From: a virus
Taxonomy: Duplodnaviria > Caudoviricetes
IMG/VR virus record: IMGVR_UViG_3300015607_004069
Span: 64,001 to 128,000 of that record
Strand: one strand, 5' to 3'
DNA: 64,000 nucleotides
This document shows, piece after piece, positions 40,937 to 50,772 of the stretch. The translations under genes were made by a program, and so were the position numbers. The notes under the pieces are model-generated. The model saw only the letters and a program-made list of their open reading frames with translations. It had not been told where the DNA came from and made no database searches. Numbering within the stretch: the first letter of the stretch is position 1; each line of letters opens with the position of its first letter.

Positions 40937-42325
40937 CTAGCTAGACGGCAGGCCAATGGGACCACCTGTCTCATCAGACCACTTCGATTTTTTGGCTGCA
41001 TAATTTCTACCCAGAAGCCCAATAGTCTTAATCAGCGATTGATTGTGGTCAGGATGCCCATCATAAGCATGAAAATCGGCGATCTTGTCACCATGACCAA
41101 GTTCAACCAGTTCTTCCCATAGTTCAGTACCGGGGAAAGGCACACACTCTGAATTCTGATAATGGACACGATTATTATTTTTAGCACCTTCCTTAATAAG
41201 TTCCTGCAATATCGCCTTGTCTTTTTCCCATGCATCAGGAGCCGCACCGGGAAGGTTTTTCATAGTAGTGAAATGGAATTCCAGCCCACTGAATCTGGTG
41301 AGTAGGTACTTGATATTATCGTAAGTCGTTTTTGCACTGAGGCTCTTTTTTGCATTGTCCAATAGTCTCTGATCAAATGACTCAATGCCGAATCGCATAC
41401 CAACACATCCAGAATTAACCATGATATCATAGAGATCATGGGTGGATGTATCTATTCGTCCCATCATGGTCCAAGGCACACCAATGTCTTTTAATCCTTT
41501 GCAGATGTCTTTGATTCTGGCGTTGCCAATATTCCATGTATCGTCATCGAAGAAGAAAGAGCCTAGAGCACCACCTAGTCTGTTTTTGATGGTCTGGAGT
41601 TCATCTACTACCATTTCAGCGGATCGGGCACGATAGGGAGCGTTTTCAAATACTCTACTGGTAGTGCAATAAGTGCAACTGAATGGGCAGGCTCGGCTTG
41701 TATTGACTTGGACTTGCATACGAGCAGTTTCCATGCTCGGATCATAGTAGCGGTTTAGCCCTTCCCATTCCCGATGAGGCAGGAAGTTTGTCCCGTCTGG
41801 TAGCTTATCCAGCTTCTCCAGATGCATGTATTCGTAGGTGCCTTTTCCACCTGTTTCGACAATATCCAGCATTGGCCGTTCCATCTCTCCAGAGATGACG
41901 TGATCAACATGGGCTTGCGCCTTACTGTGTGCTGCATATTTTTTCATATGTGTGCCACAGAACACTATTTTGCAACCTAGTGTGTTCTTGGTCCACAAAG
42001 CCATTTCATTGGTAATGTCGTAGCATGGCGTTGATACATCGAATAAGGCGATATCTGGTTTGTAATTGTAAATGGCCGTTCGAACCTGATCAAAATTTGC
42101 ATGCCTGTCGGCTACACCATCATAAAGATCGGCTGTTATGCCGTGATTGCGAAGGTAAGCAACTGTGTAGGCTAGGCGAAAAGGATAAGGGGCATAACCA
42201 TGAAATGGCATTTCACTAGGTGCTGACCAAGGCCAGCGAGAACCAGAATTTGGGCCTGTGTATAGGACACCATTGCGAGTATGGACATTCGGCACATTGA
42301 CACAGAGAACCTTCATTGGGATCAC
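40937..42325 (-). CDS. B12-binding radical SAM protein
   Basis: SRACPFSCTYC (CxxxCxxC), FFFDDDT, FGIES, PFPGT. Confidence 0.9.
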   Translation of the reverse strand: MIPMKVLCVNVPNVHTRNGVLYTGPNSGSRWPWSAPSEMPFHGYAPYPFRLAYTVAYLRNHGITADLYDGVADRHANFDQVRTAIYNYKPDIALFDVSTPCYDITNEMALWTKNTLGCKIVFCGTHMKKYAAHSKAQAHVDHVISGEMERPMLDIVETGGKGTYEYMHLEKLDKLPDGTNFLPHREWEGLNRYYDPSMETARMQVQVNTSRACPFSCTYCTTSRVFENAPYRARSAEMVVDELQTIKNRLGGALGSFFFDDDTWNIGNARIKDICKGLKDIGVPWTMMGRIDTSTHDLYDIMVNSGCVGMRFGIESFDQRLLDNAKKSLSAKTTYDNIKYLLTRFSGLEFHFTTMKNLPGAAPDAWEKDKAILQELIKEGAKNNNRVHYQNSECVPFPGTELWEELVELGHGDKIADFHAYDGHPDHNQSLIKTIGLLGRNYAAKKSKWSDETGGPIGLPSS

Positions 42326-42385
42326 CTACATGATAGACAAAGTAAGTTTATCATGTAGGTGAATTTCATGTAAGTTTAGAGAAAA

Positions 42386-42715
42386 TTACAGTCTTAATCC
42401 TGTGATTTCTGATATGCTTCTGGTTCCTTCCTTCGCTGCGTTTATTATTTCAGATACTTTCGATTTCACCTCTTCCGGTCCATCAAAATCATAATCAATC
42501 TGGAGTGCGTCTGACTCTTTTGCAATGCGAGTAAATTTGAATGTTCCTGATTCAATGGCCATTTTAAGCATGACACACGTATTTCTAATGGTGTTAAACC
42601 AGCCATCATTACATTGAATACCATGATGCATGCAGGTTTTTTCTGGTTCACCATACATTTCAACGAAATAATCTGGATATTCGGCTATTAACTGTTTTTC
42701 TAGGAACTTGGTCAC
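42386..42715 (-). CDS. Conserved phage hypothetical protein
   Basis: CM..GIQCNDGW..SISEITG. Confidence 0.55.
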   Translation of the reverse strand: MTKFLEKQLIAEYPDYFVEMYGEPEKTCMHHGIQCNDGWFNTIRNTCVMLKMAIESGTFKFTRIAKESDALQIDYDFDGPEEVKSKVSEIINAAKEGTRSISEITGLRL

Positions 42716-42738
42716 TGTCTACTCCTAATATGACTATA

Positions 42739-43420
42739 TTAAATACCGGATTGAATTTCAGGCTCAACAATATGTTGAAATTTAGTGTAGACGTATATCT
42801 CTGCATGCAAAATATATGATTGATTGATCGCATTTAAGCAATTCATGTTAAAGTGCCAGTCTTCACCCCATTCGCGAGTAGAATTTCCCCAGCTGACGTG
42901 ATTGATCATTTCACGACGCACACTGGTTGCTCCAGCTGTTACTTTTCCGAATTTACTGCCATAAGGTTTACCGTGAATTTCTGGATCACTCGATTCTACT
43001 TTTTCCAATTTGATTTTGTCTATTTCGTATTCATCAAATGGATAATAACTAGGAATCCAAAAATGACTGATGTGCCATGCATCTGAATTCTCATAGGCAT
43101 ATCTGAGTGCCTCTACTCTTTGAGGATGCGTCAAATCGTCCGCATCTTGATAGATAAGAATATCATTATTGCTTACCATACTTGCTTTTTTGGCGGTTTT
43201 CGCCAGATCCGACATTTCGTTTAAATTCGATGAATTCGATGGGAAATCTAGTATAATTATGTAATAGTTCACTTTGCATTGTTCGATTAATATTTTGTGC
43301 GTTGCTGACACTAATAATCATGTTATCTGGCATTGCAGTGCCTTGACAATATGAATGAATCATTCGATCTAATAAATGAAAATGTTCTGCGGCACATGGT
43401 ACAATGATTGAGGTTTTCAT
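42739..43420 (-). CDS. GT2 glycosyltransferase, split by a frameshift at an A6 run
   Basis: MKTSIIVP..GSGENR upstream; DILIYQDADD..HPQR and GED downstream; removing one A at 43186-43191 fuses them. Confidence 0.75.
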
Positions 43421-43606
43421 TTGATATTTTTAATCTTAATAGCTAGACAGAATCGGCTTAGTATTTATGGAAAGAATACAGGTCAAAATCATGATTCCTA
43501 CAGAAGATGAGCAGGCACAATTTGGCTGTTTTGTCATCCTGCTCATTATAGCTGTTGTTTTATTTTCTATAGCTGTCATCTGGAAGCTGATCACAAGCTT
43601 TTGAAT

Positions 43607-43957
43607 TTATCTAGCATCCGGGTGTGGTGGAGGTGGCTTCCTCTTTTTCTTCATTCTGAAAGTGCTATATGGTTTTGGTGGTGAAGGATCGTGCTTGGTC
43701 GTATAATCTGTGATTATTGTTTCATCTGTCATCATAGGATGGGACATAACAGGTCTTTTCACAGGTGTTAATGGCTTTTGCTCTGTATCTGGTTGTCTAT
43801 TTTCTGCAATTAAATTATTGACTCGTATTCGTGTTGGCAGATCCCAACAATCACTGCAAAGGAATCTGCTTTTGAAACCATGCCATGTGCATAGTGTCTG
43901 TTTGCCACATGTACCACAAGTGTCAGCGATTGATGATTTCCTTTTCTTAGCCATCAC
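43607..43957 (-). CDS. Hypothetical zinc-finger protein
   Basis: CGTC and CSDC. Confidence 0.45.
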   Translation of the reverse strand: MMAKKRKSSIADTCGTCGKQTLCTWHGFKSRFLCSDCWDLPTRIRVNNLIAENRQPDTEQKPLTPVKRPVMSHPMMTDETIITDYTTKHDPSPPKPYSTFRMKKKRKPPPPHPDAR

Positions 43958-44865
43958 AGGCCCCTAATGAATTCGGCTAGTACTGCCACCCGATGTTCAA
44001 AGGTATCATGCTCTAATACGTATCGTTGACCGGCTGTTGCTCTGGTATCGGCTTCAATCAGGATATCGACATTCCGCAACCAGTCCATTTGTTTCTTAAG
44101 ATCTTCTCCACCATCTGTGAAGCTAACGAAATCACTGTATTTTGAAACCAGAGTATCAGAACGATCAGTAATAATAACTCCCCCGCAGGCTAGGATATTA
44201 TAGATCCTGAAATTAGGTGTGTCATGTTCTAGATGCTCTGAAATATGGAAATTCAAATTGACCAGAGACGACGAATACAGGATCGGCTCGTCCTCCAGAG
44301 GCAATTTACCCTTGCAAGCTGAGTGGTACTCCTTTGCCCAGCCGTCTATGTTGCCATAGATAGCAATCAGGTCAATGACGGGCATAATATAACGATTGTT
44401 CTCTTCTTGCGTTCTGATGCCATTGCCGACAAATGAAATAGGATGACGATAGTGAGTTACGGGATCATATCTGAAAAAGATTTCGGGATCAGTAGCAAAA
44501 GGAATGACGGCACCATCAGTCTTGCAATTTTCTTTTAATCTGTTGCTTGTGAAAATGAAATGATCGAATTTATGCTTGTGTAAATTGAATTGTCCGACAG
44601 TGCCGCCAGCCCAAGCATGAGAGGGATAAACGTTTTGTAGATAGTTGATATTCTTATGCTTGCCGGGGAATGTATCGGAAAAGAGATCAAAATAGATGAT
44701 ATAATCAGCTTGTGATGTATCGTGAACGAGTTTCAAATCGGAACGGCGTTCGATGTACTTGCGCCAGGCGCGTGCAACCAATTGATCGCCCTGCACATTT
44801 TGACCATTATTTATATGATTTAGTGATCCTTCTCCGTTAGAATGAATCAATATTTTGGGTGTCAT
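43954..44865 (-). CDS. GT-B glycosyltransferase (CgeB-like)
   Basis: PFATDP, ISFVGN, NFRIYNILACGG, HTFEHRV-like C-terminus. Confidence 0.8.
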   Translation of the reverse strand: MTPKILIHSNGEGSLNHINNGQNVQGDQLVARAWRKYIERRSDLKLVHDTSQADYIIYFDLFSDTFPGKHKNINYLQNVYPSHAWAGGTVGQFNLHKHKFDHFIFTSNRLKENCKTDGAVIPFATDPEIFFRYDPVTHYRHPISFVGNGIRTQEENNRYIMPVIDLIAIYGNIDGWAKEYHSACKGKLPLEDEPILYSSSLVNLNFHISEHLEHDTPNFRIYNILACGGVIITDRSDTLVSKYSDFVSFTDGGEDLKKQMDWLRNVDILIEADTRATAGQRYVLEHDTFEHRVAVLAEFIRGL

Positions 44866-45742
44866 TTTCTACCTTCATTAGTGATTTGGCCATTCTGATG
44901 ACATCATCATGTGACCAATTGCCTTTTGCCAGATTATATATTAAAGATACTATCTGAGTATTTGTTTTTGTATATCCACGGCCTGGGATGATTTGATCAA
45001 GCGACGGTGTTAATGGTGAAAATGGCTTTGATAGATCAAATGGCAAGCCAGTTATTGCGCACTTCCCTGATTGAATAGCTTGCCCGATTTGATTTGTTGT
45101 AATAGTAAATTGATTACTTTTTCTACGGTGCTTCTTTCTTGCATCTTGCCTTAATCTGCTCGCTCTGCGATATGATAACTTCTGATCTAATTGTTGCACC
45201 GGTAAATTGTTGTTTTGCACTAGAGCTTTAGCCATCATCATGACATCATCGTGTGACCAATGGTCTTTTGCCAAATTATATGCAAAAATCACTATTTGCG
45301 AATTGTCTGTGGTGTAACCTTTTGTGCTGTCTATTCTATCTATTGATGGTATAAATGGCGATCTGATTCCTGAAAAATCAAATGGAATCTTAGTAACTTG
45401 ACACACTCCAATCTTTAAAATATCGATCGCCCAAGCTGTCGTTAAATCAAATTCTCTAATTCCTATACGTCTTTTGACATCACTGATTAATTTGGATGCC
45501 CTGCCATTTATTGTCAGCCTTGATCTTTTACGTTCGATTTTCTTTGCTGCCAAGTGGCGACTGCGATTTCTTGCTATCTAATCATTTTTAACTTGATAAA
45601 TTTTGGCTCTATTTTTGGAAGCCCATCGATTCCTCAATTTGCGCCTACATGGTGTACATTGTGAATGGATGCCACTTGGCCTATTGGAACAAGGACCAAA
45701 TGGGCCGTCGCTTTTATTGTATTTTGTGCATAATTTAACCAT
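44837..45742 (-). pseudogene. HNH-type homing endonuclease with tandem nuclease domains, interrupted by an in-frame TAG
   Basis: Two copies of C..T..PF..PS.D.I...GYT..N.QIV...YNLAK..WS; upstream in-frame ATG at 45742; TAG at 45578-45580. Confidence 0.7.
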
Positions 45743-45745
45743 GTG

Positions 45746-46690
45746 CTATATTTTTAGGGAGGAGATGAAACGGTCAGCATCATCGCTCTCTGTTGGTAAT
45801 ATGGGTAATTCACACTGATAATGATTAATTAGTTCATCAAACTGGCATGTTAATTCTGCGTATTCCTTGGTCAGCATTGACAAATTAAATGGGATGAGTT
45901 TTCCTGCATAGATGGAAGATTTCAATTCAACAGTCAGATTCAATGCTTTAATGATTTTGAGACAAAGGCTGTATCTTGTGTATGGCACGGAAGAACCAAC
46001 ATGCACTATAGCATCTTCCGTGATGTACTTTGACATTTTCAATATTGATTGAGCTAGAAATTGCGAAGAAACAGCCGAGTTCTTTACATTAGTATAGGCC
46101 TGAAATGGCTTCTTGTCCTTATGAGCTTGAATTAGGCTTTCAATGAGCGGCATCTTATAACCATAGATTCCACCGGCTCTTATGATGACTGATCTAGTCC
46201 TTAATTTTGGCATTTTCATTATCAGTGATTCTGCCATAGACTTTGTCAGCCCATAGAAGGTAGAAGGATTTAGCTTGTCATTGACTTTCCATTGATTCTG
46301 ACCAGATCCGGAAAAGACGTAATCAGTGCTAAGATGAAAGAAGTGGGACGGTATATGTTTATTCAGTTTTTCCTGCATCCATATAGCATCAAGAATCTTT
46401 TGAGCTACAAGCACATTGGCTTCAAGAGCTGCCACACGATCAGTCTCGCATTTTTCCACATTTTTATGTCCTATACAATTGACGATAATATCTGGCTTGA
46501 CCTTTTCTATACACGCTTCAAGGGATGCTTGTGAAAAATCGCACTCGGTGAACATGCTATGACTGATAATTTTATAATCATAGAAAGTGACTTTGGTTCT
46601 ATAACCTAGGTGGATTTGGTGTCCTGCCTTTGCAAAATTGTCGAGTAGATTGCTGCCAAGATAACCGCCACCAAGCACTAAAATCATCAT
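45746..46690 (-). CDS. rmlD: dTDP-4-dehydrorhamnose reductase-like SDR
   Basis: GGGYLG, HLSTDYVFSG, YGLTK. Confidence 0.8.
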   Translation of the reverse strand: MMILVLGGGYLGSNLLDNFAKAGHQIHLGYRTKVTFYDYKIISHSMFTECDFSQASLEACIEKVKPDIIVNCIGHKNVEKCETDRVAALEANVLVAQKILDAIWMQEKLNKHIPSHFFHLSTDYVFSGSGQNQWKVNDKLNPSTFYGLTKSMAESLIMKMPKLRTRSVIIRAGGIYGYKMPLIESLIQAHKDKKPFQAYTNVKNSAVSSQFLAQSILKMSKYITEDAIVHVGSSVPYTRYSLCLKIIKALNLTVELKSSIYAGKLIPFNLSMLTKEYAELTCQFDELINHYQCELPILPTESDDADRFISSLKI

Positions 46691-47430
46691 GGTTTTTGGC
46701 CTATGAAGTATTGTCGTTGTTCGTTACTGTAGTCGTGTAATACGGTAAATCGCTTTTTGAAGTTTAATATAACAGACGATTTTATTCTGACGGGATGTCC
46801 GATATCATAATGCTTGTCAGGATCATAACCAGTATCATAGGTGCGTTCACCAAAGACAATCAGACCACCAGTTTTTAAACTATCAAATAACACATCAAGG
46901 ACTTTCTGTGCCGACATCACATGTTCAATGACGTTGATACAGATCGCTGTTGATATTAGATTTTTAATAATGCAGTTTTCGGCCATGCCACCTATGAAGA
47001 CCGCTGGAAAACCACATAGCGTACCTGTGGTGCCAGATTCGGCTTTATAATTACAATGCGGATGAATCAGATATTGATGAATTAGCGGATCTTGAAGAAA
47101 AATAGTGTTTGCTGTTCTTCCCTGAAGGATAGTCGATGTCTGTGTAAATAGGCCACAGCCGATTTCAAGCATCATTCCTAGGCCATTTGGCAAGTCTTTG
47201 TAGTTATTGAATATGGTAGAATGTTCATGGTTTCTGTCGCTACATGCTCCAGCCCATTCATTAAACCAGCCGTCCCGTTCGAATTTCTGTGCCTGTTCCC
47301 AGCGTTCTTTGGATACTTCTATGGCACCTGTTTCATTGTTCCAGTATGCTTTATCATTAATCTGGCGTAGCATCTCATCGGCCTGATTGCCCTCCAAGAT
47401 GTTGGAAGGGGAATTAATCCATATTGACAT
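46687..47430 (-). CDS. Class I SAM-dependent methyltransferase
   Basis: LEIGCG, INVIEHV, LKTGG. Confidence 0.8.
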   Translation of the reverse strand: MSIWINSPSNILEGNQADEMLRQINDKAYWNNETGAIEVSKERWEQAQKFERDGWFNEWAGACSDRNHEHSTIFNNYKDLPNGLGMMLEIGCGLFTQTSTILQGRTANTIFLQDPLIHQYLIHPHCNYKAESGTTGTLCGFPAVFIGGMAENCIIKNLISTAICINVIEHVMSAQKVLDVLFDSLKTGGLIVFGERTYDTGYDPDKHYDIGHPVRIKSSVILNFKKRFTVLHDYSNEQRQYFIGQKP

Positions 47431-47480
47431 GGTATCACGTCCTGTAGTATTGTCAATTTCACAGAAGACGAGATAAATTT

Positions 47481-48248
47481 ATGCGACTTATAGCCGGTAA
47501 AACTCACGACTATTATGATTGTGTCATTGGTCAGGCGGGGCATGATGTAGATGATATTATCTACAAGAGGGTCGTAAAAGATATACCATTGACCAAAAGC
47601 CAATTTGAACAGCTAAAGATACCCATATTTGGTGCTGGTCATTACTGGACTTATAGCTATGAGAAGCCAATTCACTTCGATGTAATCACTGTCGGGTTTT
47701 GTGGTAAAATCTACCCTTGCGTCCGAGCCGTTGATAACAAATCCCGATTTGATTTCAAGCCAAAGGTTATATTATATTGTTACAACATCGACGATCTGGA
47801 TAAGGCAGTTCAAGCATACGGCGACGATGTTTTTGAAAGTTATGAAAAGCCTACTCGCAAACAACGTAACTGGAAATACGACAAATGGCACAATTGCCCT
47901 CGTTTCATTTTTGAAGAGTGGTTTAATGCTTATACCGCTGCTCCTGACCGTGCTTCCATTTTTGAAGAGCATAAAGTGCCGATCTTCCTCATTCAGGATA
48001 TAAAGTATTATTCTTTGATCCTACAACGCGATCCTACAACGTATACTTATCTCACTCTGAACGCCCCACTCAAGGATGTTCATTTCCAGAAGGTCTTCGA
48101 TCCGTTTCAGGCATATCAACAGATAAACATGTTTCTTGGGAATATGGCTTTTCCTAATCGACCTATTCCTCATGTTAGTGATGAAGATTTGCTTCTGGCG
48201 AAAGGATTTGATAAGTATTCGTTCAGGGCCGATAAGAAACGAAAATAG
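47481..48248 (+). CDS. Conserved phage hypothetical protein
   Basis: HDYYD..GFCGKIYP..FQKVFDPFQAYQ..KGFD. Confidence 0.65.
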   Translation: MRLIAGKTHDYYDCVIGQAGHDVDDIIYKRVVKDIPLTKSQFEQLKIPIFGAGHYWTYSYEKPIHFDVITVGFCGKIYPCVRAVDNKSRFDFKPKVILYCYNIDDLDKAVQAYGDDVFESYEKPTRKQRNWKYDKWHNCPRFIFEEWFNAYTAAPDRASIFEEHKVPIFLIQDIKYYSLILQRDPTTYTYLTLNAPLKDVHFQKVFDPFQAYQQINMFLGNMAFPNRPIPHVSDEDLLLAKGFDKYSFRADKKRK

Positions 48249-48455
48249 AACTAGGCACCTTTTTGTGGAGTTCAATCATGGTCCTAGTTGATGGCAGCAG
48301 CACGTGCGTTCCTGAAGAGAAGCAGTCGGAAATCGATCAGGCTGATCACAATCAGGGCGATCAGCGTCCGATGCTTGCCGAGTTTATTTGCTCGGACAAG
48401 CTCGAAGGTAAATTAATTCGAGATTAAAAAATAAGGTACCTCTATAAGGTGCCTT

Positions 48456-49043
48456 ATGAAGATCAAGCAATCTATTGTCCCACTAGTCATCGCTGCGGTT
48501 CTAATCGGAGCCGCAGTAGGTATATTGGCCTTGCTGACTGGTTTTGGACCATTGAAGCTAAAAATACTACTCACTGATGCAGTAATCGCCGTTGGTAGTA
48601 TTTGTTTTCTGATTTGTATCAGCACCATTCACACGAACAATCGTAAGCCTTTAATCGGTGTTGGTGTGATAGGTGCAGCCACTACCGTTTTCTGTTCCGT
48701 GTGCTTTTTGAAATTTATCTGGTTTGAATCTACTGGCGAACTGCTTATGAAAATGGCTGTTACTAATCTGATTGTTTCTATCGGCATGGTTTATATAACT
48801 GTGCTCTGCTGGTTCAATTCGATCAATGCTTCAGCATTGTCTATACTCAATTTGACATGCGTAGCCGCCTGTTCTATGGTCATGGCGTTAATAGTTATGT
48901 TTCTCATGATGATCTGGATTGGCATCGATATCATATCATGGAAATTGATTGGAACTTTAGGAATATTATTGGCGGCATGTACTATTCTCATGCCGATCTT
49001 ATATAAGTCATTCAGCATACAGCGTGAGAAAATAGATCTGTGA
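48456..49043 (+). CDS. Multi-pass membrane protein
   Basis: About six hydrophobic segments. Confidence 0.65.
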   Translation: MKIKQSIVPLVIAAVLIGAAVGILALLTGFGPLKLKILLTDAVIAVGSICFLICISTIHTNNRKPLIGVGVIGAATTVFCSVCFLKFIWFESTGELLMKMAVTNLIVSIGMVYITVLCWFNSINASALSILNLTCVAACSMVMALIVMFLMMIWIGIDIISWKLIGTLGILLAACTILMPILYKSFSIQREKIDL

Positions 49044-49618
49044 ATGTCGTTTCAGGCAATCTCAATAGTAACATTGTTGTGGGGGTTGATTTTATACGCG
49101 ATCAGTCTTGTGCTGATCTTGTTCTTCGGGCATTGACTAATCATCATATTTCATGTGTTCAAATATCTGATCAGACTCACCTAAATATCGTGAGCGATGA
49201 GAAGCTAGTTCAATCAAAAACAATAGTGATTAATGACAAAAGGCCAAAATCGGGTATCTGGTGTCGTCGCTCTGCCCTGTCGGCCAGTCGGACGTTGCCC
49301 GATGAATTTCTGAAAGCCAGCTACTATCATATAGCTGACCAAATTGGTTTATTTGCCGCTTGCCATGATTTGTCGAGATTTATTGATAGGGAGCCAAAGG
49401 AAATAGGGCTGGTTAGACTGATGAACTGGGGCTATCACTCCATTGCTGACATCAAATTCATTGATAGCAAGTTGCGGATAAGTGAGTTTAAATATGGTCT
49501 GGTTCTGCGATCAAATGATTCTTCCTACGATTTTGGTAACAAGTTTCATTGCCGAGATATTTATGTTGATCGCTGCAAACTTACGTCGTTTGCTTTTGTA
49601 ATTGGGGCTATTCAGTAA
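49040..49618 (+). CDS. Hypothetical protein
   Basis: 192-aa ORF. Confidence 0.45.
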   Translation: MNVVSGNLNSNIVVGVDFIRDQSCADLVLRALTNHHISCVQISDQTHLNIVSDEKLVQSKTIVINDKRPKSGIWCRRSALSASRTLPDEFLKASYYHIADQIGLFAACHDLSRFIDREPKEIGLVRLMNWGYHSIADIKFIDSKLRISEFKYGLVLRSNDSSYDFGNKFHCRDIYVDRCKLTSFAFVIGAIQ

Positions 49619-49635
49619 CCATGTAAATCTATCAT

Positions 49636-50121
49636 ATGGATATTCTAAAACAGACTACAGTTACGGCGATAGATGTCTCTGCTACGGAGACGACTGTTTT
49701 TACTCATACTATGAGTGATAACAGCATGATAATGTTGCAAGTGGTTCTTTCTAATATAGTCGGGGCTGGCAATCAATATTTTGTCAGATTTCATATTGAT
49801 GGTATTTTGGTGATTCCGAGTCAGGATTTCATTTTCGATTCTACTAGTGGTATTGTCCATAGTGGTGCTATGGTTGGACTGGCCGGATCTGTTGTGACTG
49901 TTACTGTGCTCGGTGTGAATGGTGATAATGCTATCAATGTCACCACTACTTTAATGGATGCCAGCCCGGTTTCTATTACTGAGATCACTGAAATATTGGA
50001 GCCTCAGATTCAAGAGATAATAGCAGGATCATTCAGTTCTGCCACTATTAGGCCAACTACTACTGTACTCAGTCCGCTTAGATTGAAGACGAAAAAGAAA
50101 TGTAAGAAATCATGTCCTTAA
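49636..50121 (+). CDS. Putative virion protein (paralog of 57802-58272)
   Basis: Shared ASP..EP..IRPT.T.L.P C-terminus. Confidence 0.6.
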   Translation: MDILKQTTVTAIDVSATETTVFTHTMSDNSMIMLQVVLSNIVGAGNQYFVRFHIDGILVIPSQDFIFDSTSGIVHSGAMVGLAGSVVTVTVLGVNGDNAINVTTTLMDASPVSITEITEILEPQIQEIIAGSFSSATIRPTTTVLSPLRLKTKKKCKKSCP

Positions 50122-50142
50122 TGATCTGAAGACAGTTATTAA

Positions 50143-50772
50143 TTAGCTATCTCGACTTAGTGGCTGGTACCAAGTCCTTGTACTACCATCGATCGTAGCT
50201 TCTACTTTTGCGATATAGGCAACCCCATTGACTATTCTATTAGTCCCTTCTGAATATCTGTATAATCCAGTTGCTGCTATTTGTGTCATTGCGGTGGATG
50301 CCACCAAGTCTGTCCCATCTGCCACTTTGATCACTTGAATTGTCGGGCTGGTTATTCCAGTGGTCAGTGGTTCACCATTTTTATGCCATATGGTTATGTA
50401 GCGATCCGTGGCACCGCCATTATCATCGACAATCCAAACCTTTGCTTGATAAGCATTTAGATTCCTTAATGCAAACCTACCAGCAATTTCACCAACGACT
50501 GAGTTATCCTCAACAGTACCACTAGTGAATACAAGTTCGAAAGAACTATTCTCAGAATAAAAAGCTGGATCAGTGCTGGTGTCAATGGTGACGTGATTTA
50601 ATCCAGTTACACCGTCAAAATCGACAGTGAGAGATATTCCTGAGGTATCTTGAGTGGTGTCATTGTCTTTATATGCCGTCAATGCAGGGCTACCAGTCAA
50701 GGCTGCTGGCCCGGTGGCACCACGTGTAGTGAATTTGAAATAAATTGTGTCGCCCGGATTGTAATCATTCAT
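50143..50772 (-). CDS. Putative virion structural protein
   Basis: T/G-rich beta protein with two similar halves. Confidence 0.6.
   Translation of the reverse strand: MNDYNPGDTIYFKFTTRGATGPAALTGSPALTAYKDNDTTQDTSGISLTVDFDGVTGLNHVTIDTSTDPAFYSENSSFELVFTSGTVEDNSVVGEIAGRFALRNLNAYQAKVWIVDDNGGATDRYITIWHKNGEPLTTGITSPTIQVIKVADGTDLVASTAMTQIAATGLYRYSEGTNRIVNGVAYIAKVEATIDGSTRTWYQPLSRDS

Noticed and set aside
45578-45580. Genome-wide TAG reassignment
   Set aside because: Only one in-frame TAG found; long genes are uninterrupted and several end properly at TAG
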